Positions 17,889-25,449 are shown, numbered from the stretch's first letter. The stretch is DNA of 26,545 nucleotides from a virus (IMGVR_UViG_3300037657_000297:1-26545); one strand, 5' to 3'. Numbers and translations: made by a program. The notes: a model not told the origin generated them from the sequence alone.

Positions 17889-17981
17889 TCGTTCCTCCTG
17901 ACCCCCACGGATGGGGGGAATGCCGAGATTCGACAGCTTGCCTTCACGTGAAGCGTGGAGGGGATTTCGAAGCCGGCCGAT

Positions 17982-18058
17982 TTGCCTATCTCATCAGCGA
18001 GCGGAGGCTATCCCGCCCGGACGCCCGGACATCGAGTAGCCGTTAGGCGTACCGGGAT
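17982..18058 (-). ncRNA. Type II hammerhead-ribozyme-like element with variant core
   Basis: Stem III ACGCC/GGCGU, GUC triplet, stem I CGGGCGG/CCGCUCG, CUGAUGAG, loop I GCCU can pair with 3' AGGC; GAAA replaced by GGUA. Confidence 0.5.
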
Positions 18059-18073
18059 GCCTCTTTAGGAGTG

Positions 18074-18262
18074 TTACGTTGCTTCCAGTTCGCGGATCAC
18101 CTGTTCGAGATCGTGCTCGAACCCGGTGACCCAATTCTTCATATTCCGAAGAAATCTGATCTCAGAGAAGCGCGGGGGCTGCGCGAGCATTTCGAGGAGC
18201 ACCTTCGCGTCATGCCGGATCAGTTCGACTGTTTTTTCGGTATCTGTTATTGTCGTATTCAT
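18074..18262 (-). CDS. Hypothetical protein
   Basis: 62 aa, GGGAGG SD. Confidence 0.65.
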   Translation of the reverse strand: MNTTITDTEKTVELIRHDAKVLLEMLAQPPRFSEIRFLRNMKNWVTGFEHDLEQVIRELEAT

Positions 18263-18275
18263 TTCGTGCCTCCCG

Positions 18276-19214
18276 TCAGATTATCATGTGCTCGGCAGCT
18301 TTCTTAATCACCGCCGGATCGATTTCGCAATCGTTCCTGATCGCTGTTCTCTGCGCCAGCAGCATCAGCTTCGTCAGGTATCTCGCGTTGTGTTTGGACG
18401 CCGAGTGGAACGTCTCGATCACGGCGGGTTTCGCGTTCGGAATGACGGTTTCGACAATCGCCTGAGTATCGCCGATATGCAGCTCGTCTAATTCGATATA
18501 TTCCATGCGGCTCGTGAAATACTTGTGCTCGGTGCGCATCTTCATGATTTTTCCCTTCATATCGAGGGAACCGACGAGTACGACCGGAACCTTCGCGTGG
18601 TCGAAAATGCTTCGCAGAATATCGAGGCCCTTAACTTTGAGGTAGTCGGCTTCGTCCACGATGATCATACGATCCGTGCCGTGGAGAATTTCGATGATAC
18701 CCTTGAAAAGCATATCTTTCCTGGTATGCCCGTCCATCCCGATGGTTTTCGCGATATCGTAGAGGATGGTCGTTTCGCCGTACGTGACATTCAGCTCGAT
18801 CAGGATTGTCGCGGCGAATCTCCGTTTGAACTCCGTGAGAGTGATCGTTTTACCAGCTCCGTTGTCCCCGCCGATCACCAGCAGCCTACCGTCCACCTGC
18901 GCGAGCGCGAGGTTGTGATCGATTGTTTTCGAGACGCTTGTCTCGACATAGGTCGGTTTTTTCAGCATCGAACGGAATCGTTCCATTTCCTGTTCGATCA
19001 CCGCGAGAACCTTTTTCAGGTTCTCCTCGACATTTCCGGTATAATTACCCTTGAGGAGAGCGGATACTACCGCCGTACTGATACCGGTCTTCCGGCAGAG
19101 TTCCGCCTGACTCATCCCGGTATCGGCAAGGAATTTCTTGATGTCCCGTACCGCCGATTCGTTACGGTCTTCCGGCTGGTCAGGCTCATTCATCAGATCA
19201 TCGATTTCACTCAT
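18276..19214 (-). CDS. MuB-like transposition AAA+ ATPase with N-terminal HTH
   Basis: MSQAELCRKTGIS...LKGNYTG; Walker A GDNGAGKT; Walker B MIIVDEAD; PVVLVG; FTSR. Confidence 0.92.
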   Translation of the reverse strand: MSEIDDLMNEPDQPEDRNESAVRDIKKFLADTGMSQAELCRKTGISTAVVSALLKGNYTGNVEENLKKVLAVIEQEMERFRSMLKKPTYVETSVSKTIDHNLALAQVDGRLLVIGGDNGAGKTITLTEFKRRFAATILIELNVTYGETTILYDIAKTIGMDGHTRKDMLFKGIIEILHGTDRMIIVDEADYLKVKGLDILRSIFDHAKVPVVLVGSLDMKGKIMKMRTEHKYFTSRMEYIELDELHIGDTQAIVETVIPNAKPAVIETFHSASKHNARYLTKLMLLAQRTAIRNDCEIDPAVIKKAAEHMII

Positions 19215-19233
19215 CTGTATCCTCCTGTCAATT

Positions 19234-19324
19234 AGTTGAAAGTGAAAAGTGGAAAGTGCAAAACAAAAAATAAAAGACTTAATTCCTTTTTCTCTTTACA
19301 CTTGTCACTTTACACTTGTCACTT
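19234..19324. repeat. Opposed heptamer tandem repeats
   Basis: AAAGTGA/AAAGTGG/AAAGTGC facing TTACACT TGTCACT TTACACT TGTCACT. Confidence 0.7.
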
Positions 19325-21532
19325 CTAATCGATATCCAGCGGTCCTTTCAGTTTTTTCTGTACGTCCTGTTTCGCTTCCAATTCCTCGCGTACCGGTTCG
19401 GCGATGATGATGTTCCGTTTCGCCGAGCGTTTCCCTTCCAGTCCCATTACCTGCGATTTCAACTTCCTGATCTGCCGTTCCTCGCGTTGATTCGCTTTGT
19501 ACGCTTCTATCGTTTTTACATCCGGCTCGTCCGCGAACCGCGACCGCTCTTTCCGGTCGGCGCTAAATAGGAATTGCCCGTCCCGGTCGAATACGAGGAT
19601 TTTCGTGATGTCGTCAGCGTCTACCGCTATCTCGACCTTCTGTTTCTGGATCAGCGCGGTTTTCATCTCCGCGTCGCGGTAGTAATATCCGAGATATTGG
19701 ATACCATTGCGCCGGACCGTCTTGACATACCGCGGCATAAGCGCGATCCTGAGTTTCTCAGGTTCGATCACGCGAAAGTCTTCGGCCTCCTCCGCCCATC
19801 GTTCGTTCGGCGTCCGACCGTCCATCCCGTGGCCGGTATGCACCTTATCGTTATACCATGTCATAAATTCCTTTTTAAACCTATCCCGGACTTCGTCCAT
19901 CGTCGGCACGAGTTCGGGATGCGCTTTCGCTTTTTTCATCAGCTCCGTCAGAATTTCCGGCTTGTCGTCGATATTCCGTCCGCAATAGGTATCGAACATC
20001 TTAGAGAAGTACTCGTCGACCGTGCGCCAGAAACGCTCGATCTGTTTAGCTTTAGCGTTATAGGGGATAGCAAAATGCGGTTTGATACCGAGGCGCGAAT
20101 AATATCCCTCAAGCTCGTTCTCGAAATCTCCTCGCGACTGCTTGTTTTTGTACGCCTTTCCGTTGTCGATATGCACGTTCAGCGGCAGTATATACTCGTT
20201 GTCGGCTATCGAACGGTAAAGCGCTTTCGCGACCAGTTCCGAACTCTCGGTCTCGGCGACCTCGAATCCCATCAGTTTTCGGCAGGCCTTGTCCATAAAC
20301 GCGTCGAGCGTCGGCCGGACGAAATTCCCGTCGGCGTTCCGGCAGAACAGATTGAGGGTATGCCCGTCGGATGTGAACCAATCCCCGGCCAGCATCGCTT
20401 CGCTCGAATAATCTATTTCCATGTGCGGCATAACCTTATCATCGAACGGTTTTTCGCCTTCGCGGAACGCGACCTTCAGCATGTACGGAATCCGGGCGAT
20501 GAAACGGCAGATTGTCGGGTAGCTCGCTCCGCTCGCCTGCGCCTGAAGTCCGTTCGACATTAGGTATTCGATCATCAATTTATATACATGTTTGTTGTTC
20601 AGCCGGTTCTGGCCGGTCGATATGAGGCCGGCCTTTTTTCCTTCGTTATCCGCCGAACCGGTCAGATAGATATTTTTCACGGCTTTCTGCTCGATTTCCG
20701 TCAATTTCGTCTGTCCACGGCGTTTCCCGTAGAGAGGTATCAGCGCGGCCGTCTCGTCTTCGTGCCGCCGCCGGGCGTCGTACACCGTTTTCATCCAACG
20801 CTGAACCGAACGAAAATCACGTTTTCCGAGACGGGAAAGGAGTTCCTTGTCCACCTGCCCTTTATTGTACCGGGCTACATATTGCTCGATCAGTTTAGTC
20901 CGGTTTTTCCAGACGTCGCTCCATGCGGAGAGTGATTGCAGGTATTTTTCGATATAATCGATCAGTTTCATTCTATCGAGGGCTTTTTCACGGATTTTTT
21001 CAGGAAAAGAAACCCACCGGCGCGCGTCCGGGCTGGCCGGTAGAAAGGATTCGAGGATATTGCGCTTGTTGAACTCGGCGTCTTCCAATTCCGCTTCCCA
21101 CCGCAGAATCCGTCTGATCGACCTCTTTCCGAGGCGTCCGAGTATTTCCCCGTCAATCCCGCCGGAATTATAGGCGTTTTCGAATGACTCGAGAACGTCC
21201 GCCGAGTCCGCATGCTCCCGGCAATACCGTCGTTTTTTCTCGACGAGAGTCAGGATGTCTTCCGCGTGCCGGATCGACTCAGGCGGAAAGTATTTTCCGC
21301 TGATAATCCCTTCCTGCGTGGAAATACTCCGTGCGGTTTTTATCTTCGCCGCGATGTCCACCGGCATGGTTTCGAGCGGGTATACGCGGAAGTTTCCGCC
21401 GCGGCCCCGGCCTTTTACCGCGGCGGACGGAATTCCGAGCGCACCGGCGCGTTTGACCGCCCCGGGACGCGTGATTCCCCAGACCGCCGCGAGTTCAGCC
21501 GTGGATGCGAAGTTTTTCGTTTCTATCTTCAT
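19325..21532 (-). CDS. MuA-like DDE transposase
   Basis: Start moved to ATG 21532; N-terminal Mu-type HTH (GRGG...YPLE); SDGH, HIDNGKAY, AKAKQIERFW; YN..H...GRTP..W; RRNGI; adjacent to MuB. Confidence 0.93.
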   Translation of the reverse strand: MKIETKNFASTAELAAVWGITRPGAVKRAGALGIPSAAVKGRGRGGNFRVYPLETMPVDIAAKIKTARSISTQEGIISGKYFPPESIRHAEDILTLVEKKRRYCREHADSADVLESFENAYNSGGIDGEILGRLGKRSIRRILRWEAELEDAEFNKRNILESFLPASPDARRWVSFPEKIREKALDRMKLIDYIEKYLQSLSAWSDVWKNRTKLIEQYVARYNKGQVDKELLSRLGKRDFRSVQRWMKTVYDARRRHEDETAALIPLYGKRRGQTKLTEIEQKAVKNIYLTGSADNEGKKAGLISTGQNRLNNKHVYKLMIEYLMSNGLQAQASGASYPTICRFIARIPYMLKVAFREGEKPFDDKVMPHMEIDYSSEAMLAGDWFTSDGHTLNLFCRNADGNFVRPTLDAFMDKACRKLMGFEVAETESSELVAKALYRSIADNEYILPLNVHIDNGKAYKNKQSRGDFENELEGYYSRLGIKPHFAIPYNAKAKQIERFWRTVDEYFSKMFDTYCGRNIDDKPEILTELMKKAKAHPELVPTMDEVRDRFKKEFMTWYNDKVHTGHGMDGRTPNERWAEEAEDFRVIEPEKLRIALMPRYVKTVRRNGIQYLGYYYRDAEMKTALIQKQKVEIAVDADDITKILVFDRDGQFLFSADRKERSRFADEPDVKTIEAYKANQREERQIRKLKSQVMGLEGKRSAKRNIIIAEPVREELEAKQDVQKKLKGPLDID

Positions 21533-21631
21533 ATACCGTCCTAATATAAGCCGGGGACGGGGGACCAATCCCGCCCCCAACTACAGAAGATGATGATCGA
21601 TGACTCACGTGAGAATCATCGATCTGGTCAT

Positions 21632-21701
21632 TTACGGGGGCGGGATTCGAACCCGCACATACCGGATAAGTCCGGCAAGTCTACCGTTGCTTCACCCCGT
21701 G
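21632..21701 (-). tRNA. Initiator-tRNA-like gene with a 4 nt anticodon loop
   Basis: CACGGGG TG AAGC-AACGGTA-GACTT G CCGGA-CTTA-TCCGG TATGT GCGGG-TTCGAAT-CCCGC CCCCGTA A; C1:A72 mismatch; no CCA. Confidence 0.75.
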
Positions 21702-21709
21702 TATATTCG

Positions 21710-22036
21710 TTACGCCACCGGTTGCAGTTCCGGGTTCTCTACCGGGACGGTATCATCGTCGATATCCGCAATCGCGCCGATATGGATACCCATCAGCGAG
21801 TTCAGATCATCGATCTTCGCGCGAGCCACGGTTATCGATGAGATTTTTACCATGAAGCCCTTTTTATTGTGCGTGTTCATATACCGCACGTAATGTTCGA
21901 GGGCTAACCCCTTGGTCTCTCCGACCGCGTACCATGTCGATTTTTCATCCTTACACGTCTCGACGATCTCGTACAGGTTTCCGTCTTTCGCGAGCTCCGA
22001 CGCTTCCTGTCTGGTCAAATCAGCGAAATGCGTCAT
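21710..22036 (-). CDS. Hypothetical protein
   Basis: ATG 22036 with AGGAGG SD, ATGA overlap. Confidence 0.7.
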   Translation of the reverse strand: MTHFADLTRQEASELAKDGNLYEIVETCKDEKSTWYAVGETKGLALEHYVRYMNTHNKKGFMVKISSITVARAKIDDLNSLMGIHIGAIADIDDDTVPVENPELQPVA

Positions 22037-22728
22037 ATCGATCCTCCTGTTAAAAGGTTCAGGCATTCGACCATCCGGCGAATCACCTCGTCTTTTGTGT
22101 TCGACGTTACGTTTTTCATCCCGCCAACGGCAGGGACGTTCGTTGTGCCGAAATATGCCGTCACCTTTTTCAGTATCCGATCACATTCCGCCTGCGGTTT
22201 CCGCTGGTAGATCATATAAATAATCTTAACGGACGTATCGCGGTCGAAAACCGGAGATTTCCCCCGTATGAACTTGATACCGAGTTCGTCCGCGCGCCTG
22301 CGGATGGTGCGTTCGTCCACTTCGAGCAGTGCGGACAGGGTTTTCAGGTTCACGGCGTTCCCGCCGGGGCCTGTGAAAATCAATTTAGCTCCCGCGCCGT
22401 CTTGAATCCAATTCTCACGCGGATAATCGTCCGCCTCGTCTTTCGCTTCGATGTCGTCGAAAGAAAGTTTGGCGTTCTGTTCCAGCAGGTTCGCGAGAAG
22501 CTCGTTCCCTCCCGCGCGGATGATAGCCACCGTCTCGAGCAGGGTAAAATTCGCTGGGTACATCGGCGAACTATCTGACATTTTTCGCTTTATTACAGGA
22601 ATTATTCCTGCAACTAAAGGATTTTCTTCCGAAGCGGATGTAATCCACTTCCGAACCGTACTCTCGTCCTTCCCCGTCGTTTCCGCGATATCGCGGATGG
22701 TCATGGTCTTTTTCTCTTCCATGTTCAT
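22033..22728 (-). CDS. Antirepressor-like DNA-binding protein with two HTH-like segments
   Basis: MTIRDIAETTGKDESTVRKWI and LKTLSALLEVDERTIRRRA; AGGAGG SD; antirepressor role inferred from context. Confidence 0.6.
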   Translation of the reverse strand: MNMEEKKTMTIRDIAETTGKDESTVRKWITSASEENPLVAGIIPVIKRKMSDSSPMYPANFTLLETVAIIRAGGNELLANLLEQNAKLSFDDIEAKDEADDYPRENWIQDGAGAKLIFTGPGGNAVNLKTLSALLEVDERTIRRRADELGIKFIRGKSPVFDRDTSVKIIYMIYQRKPQAECDRILKKVTAYFGTTNVPAVGGMKNVTSNTKDEVIRRMVECLNLLTGGSI

Positions 22729-22771
22729 ATATTCCTCCTATTCAACAAATTTTTATAAACACCAAAATCGG

Positions 22772-22980
22772 AATGAATACACCCCGCGTCCGTTTGCAAA
22801 CAAACGCGGGGCTGGTGTTTATCCTATTGTTGAGTAGGAGCAAAATAATGCGGGACGGATAACACCATGATATTAATTTTGAAAAATGAGTACACCCCTC
22901 CCGCTAAGGAGGGGTTGGCGTTTCTGAACATCTCTGTTTGGAGGACAGATATGTTGAAGACGGGTTAGGTTCAGAACGCC
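22772..22980 (-). ncRNA. Two tandem ~95 nt structured RNA units in the leader
   Basis: Units 22885-22980 and 22772-22866 share GGYGTT...AACRCC AR CCCC...GGGG TGTAYTCATT. Confidence 0.7.
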
Positions 22981-22990
22981 GTGTTATTAA

Positions 22991-23035
22991 TTTACATTGT
23001 AAAGACATTGTAAATCTATAATCGGGTAATGTCAA
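22991..23035 (-). promoter_or_regulatory. Consensus sigma70 promoter with overlapping operator-like repeats
   Basis: TTGACA(23035-23030)-N17-TACAAT(23012-23007); ACATTGTAAA at 22994 and 23005; palindrome TTTACA-T-TGTAAA at 22991-23003. Confidence 0.8.
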
Positions 23036-23087
23036 TACAAATCTGAAATATTTTTAATTTTTTCGCCTTTTTCTCCGATGATACCGC

Positions 23088-23273
23088 ATGGATATAAGAG
23101 AAATCAAAGAATTACTGGCAAACAAAGATGTTCTCATAAATATGCGTATCAATTCAAGGTTACTTAACCTTTTTGACGATACCCTAAAATCAGATTTGAA
23201 ATTCAAATCCCGTTCGGATTTCGTCAATGATGCCATCCTTCGGTATCTCGAAGAAAAGGGCGTGTTCAAGTGA
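23088..23273 (+). CDS. Ribbon-helix-helix (CopG/Arc-like) regulator
   Basis: INMRINSRLL.LFD...SRSDFVNDAILRYLE; divergent from the promoter above. Confidence 0.8.
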   Translation: MDIREIKELLANKDVLINMRINSRLLNLFDDTLKSDLKFKSRSDFVNDAILRYLEEKGVFK

Positions 23274-23381
23274 TCCTTGGTACTATTACCGACCCCCATG
23301 GATGGGGGGAGTGCCGACAAGAGCCACGGATGGCGAGTCGGCCGCGTTATTCCCCGAACGATTCGATATCCGGGAGCGGGA

Positions 23382-23690
23382 CTATCGTTCCACGTTTATT
23401 TTTCCCGCTTTGATCTCATTGCTGTTTTCTTGAGGAAGCCCGGAGTTCCAAAGCCCAGTATATCCCCTTTTGTTCCGCCAAATCGGCGTTTTGTTCGGGC
23501 GATTCGCGCTCTGGATCATCCGGTACTGAACCTTTTCCGCGTTTATTACCGTCGTCACTTCGACCTCGATATTTTTCCGCGCGAGGCCGTTTGCGTAACG
23601 GTACCATTCTTTCATATTTTGAAACTCTATGGTTCCGGCGGAAAATATCCGGCCTTCTTTTTGCAGAATGACGTGCTTCGTTATCTTCAT
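23382..23690 (-). CDS. Hypothetical early protein (K.G.FSAG motif)
   Basis: 102 aa; starts 1 nt after the upstream stop. Confidence 0.7.
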   Translation of the reverse strand: MKITKHVILQKEGRIFSAGTIEFQNMKEWYRYANGLARKNIEVEVTTVINAEKVQYRMIQSANRPNKTPIWRNKRGYTGLWNSGLPQENSNEIKAGKINVER

Positions 23691-23691
23691 G

Positions 23692-24549
23692 TTACCGTCC
23701 CGGAGGACGCGCGCCTACCGGATAAACGACGTCCGCTTCGGGTACGCATTTCTCATCTACCGATTTTCCGCCCGAAATCGGGAATCCTAAAACCGGTATC
23801 CCGTCAATTTCATTCAGCTGAGCGCTGCTTTCCAGCCTGTTTTTAATCCGCGCCGCTTCGATATTGGATACTTCAAATACTGAAATTCCTTTCGATAAAC
23901 AATCCTTGATATATCCGTCGAGATCCATCCGATTCCTGAAACCGACTTTACCGGCAGAGAATATTTTCCCGTCCTTCCTGAGGAGCAGGTATCTCGAAAA
24001 AGGCTTATCGATGGGTGTATTCAATATGCTAGCTTTTTTCCATGTTTTTCCCGGTTCCGGTTCGATTGAATCGGGCGCTTTTTTCTTTATCTCAGGTTCC
24101 GGTTCGGTTTTCTCATCGAGGATATCGTTCAGCCGGTCGAGGAACGCCGCCAGCTTCAGGACGAGCGTCGTCCCTTCGGTGTAAAGCGATCTTAAATCGT
24201 TATTACAGAACTCTTTATGCGGCTTCAAAACCAATTCTTCCGTCTGAGTGACTGTCGTCTCTGTAACCGGTTCACCCGACTCCGGCGGATCGGAGAAATC
24301 CAGCGATGGCAGGGACGGTCCGGTGCGCCCGAACGCGAGAGCGAGTTTCGCTAGAAATCTGTTCTGCTTACCGGCGGATTTCCACCCGTTCAGGATCAGT
24401 TCGCGCGCGGCATCGTAATCGTAACTCCCATTTTTCCCCTTACACCCCGGCATATCGAAACCGGACGTCGATTTGACAAAGGAGAGCGCACCCTTTGTAA
24501 TCCCGAGAATTTCCGCTAGTTCCGTTTGATTTACCTTTTTATCGGTCAT
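23692..24549 (-). CDS. HTH protein with C-terminal K.G.FSAG domain
   Basis: VNQTELAEILGITKGALS; ATGA overlap. Confidence 0.7.
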   Translation of the reverse strand: MTDKKVNQTELAEILGITKGALSFVKSTSGFDMPGCKGKNGSYDYDAARELILNGWKSAGKQNRFLAKLALAFGRTGPSLPSLDFSDPPESGEPVTETTVTQTEELVLKPHKEFCNNDLRSLYTEGTTLVLKLAAFLDRLNDILDEKTEPEPEIKKKAPDSIEPEPGKTWKKASILNTPIDKPFSRYLLLRKDGKIFSAGKVGFRNRMDLDGYIKDCLSKGISVFEVSNIEAARIKNRLESSAQLNEIDGIPVLGFPISGGKSVDEKCVPEADVVYPVGARPPGR

Positions 24550-25049
24550 AACCCTGCCTCCGGCCGTACCCGCCGCACGACAACCGCATTATTCGATGCC
24601 TGCATGATCACGAACCCGCGCAGGGGATAGACACGGCTTTCCGGGCGTTCCGAATCCCATTTCGGATCGGCGCTTTTGCGGTAATCGTCGGAGTTTCCAT
24701 GGTCGAGATAGGTCTCGATTGGGTAGACGCGCGGGTGTTTCGGGTGTTCCGCGCAGTATTCAGATACGATCCGCACCCGGAGCGGCGTGGAACGGTGGAG
24801 CGTCATGGGCGCGTGAATCGTCTGCTCGAGCATAGCATAGTCTGCCGGACTGACCTCTCCGGCGGAGAAAAATAAGCCGTTCTTCTGGATTACGACCGGC
24901 ACGATGCCGGGAGTGCCACTATTGCCATGGACGGCGTTTCGGCGGCAGACCGGGATAGTCGCAGAGTGGTCACCGAGCGTCCGTCTTCCACCTTCGGCAG
25001 AAGGTGGACAGGTAGTCGAGGTGTTATCTTTCATATTTCCCTTCTGCAT
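24546..25049 (-). CDS. Hypothetical first early protein (K.G.FSAG motif)
   Basis: ATG 25049 with AGGAGGT SD. Confidence 0.6.
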   Translation of the reverse strand: MQKGNMKDNTSTTCPPSAEGGRRTLGDHSATIPVCRRNAVHGNSGTPGIVPVVIQKNGLFFSAGEVSPADYAMLEQTIHAPMTLHRSTPLRVRIVSEYCAEHPKHPRVYPIETYLDHGNSDDYRKSADPKWDSERPESRVYPLRGFVIMQASNNAVVVRRVRPEAGL

Positions 25050-25069
25050 AAAAAACCTCCTGTTTCCTT

Positions 25070-25230
25070 GTGATTCCGCGAAGGAATCCTTAAAATGATC
25101 CCCGAAGACGGTCATCCGTCGAGGGGGAAATCCCGCGACGCCACCTCCCGCTTCGCGTAAGGCAAGCGGATGCGCTGGAGCGGTATAAGTGCACTCCCTC
25201 TCCCGAAGGAGAGGGGTGTCGCGGAATCAC
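25070..25230. repeat. Composite palindromic leader element
   Basis: GTGATTCCGCGA...TCGCGGAATCAC inverted repeats enclose a degenerate family A copy and a CCCTCTCC-CGAA-GGAGAGGG hairpin. Confidence 0.6.
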
Positions 25231-25370
25231 CTTGATTAGGAGGTGAAAAAAACGATTGGGTAATCCCGCGTGAGTATTAAGTTATTGCTATGTTCCCCCC
25301 GATATAGTGCTAACAGGAATATCGGATGGGGGATTTTTTCTAACGTTATTTACGTTGCTTATCTTATATA

Positions 25371-25404
25371 TCGTTATTTTATAACGAAAATATAAATATG
25401 TCAA
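25371..25404 (-). promoter_or_regulatory. Early promoter with palindromic operator candidate
   Basis: TTGACA(25404-25399)-N17-TAAAAT(25381-25376); TCGTTAT-TTT-ATAACGA covers the -10. Confidence 0.75.
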
Positions 25405-25449
25405 TGGGGTTAGTGGTATTTTCGATAAATATTTTTTAATAGAGGGCTT

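Noticed and set aside
3328-21580. Longer N-termini in the ORF track (3456, 8338, 11374, 12495, 15611, 16398, 17264, 21580)
   Set aside because: They read through repeats, the tRNA-like gene or neighbouring genes; SD-backed starts lie downstream.
17022-21701. tRNA-like sequences as integration (att) sites
   Set aside because: Internal to the early operon, no integrase present, and the element integrates by DDE transposition; the shared 17 nt is the T arm.
22951-22968. Plus-strand mini-ORF MLKTG with GGAGG SD
   Set aside because: Better explained as the complement of the anti-RBS insert; a leader peptide cannot be fully excluded.
91-25098. Many plus-strand ORFs (e.g. 434-1084, 11785-12726, 17298-17951, 18525-19235, 19574-20563, 23277-23846)
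   Set aside because: Antisense shadows of well-supported minus-strand genes, with no recognisable motifs.
2172-25183. Family A repeats as a CRISPR array
   Set aside because: Dispersed over 23 kb, divergent, no regular spacers, no cas genes.
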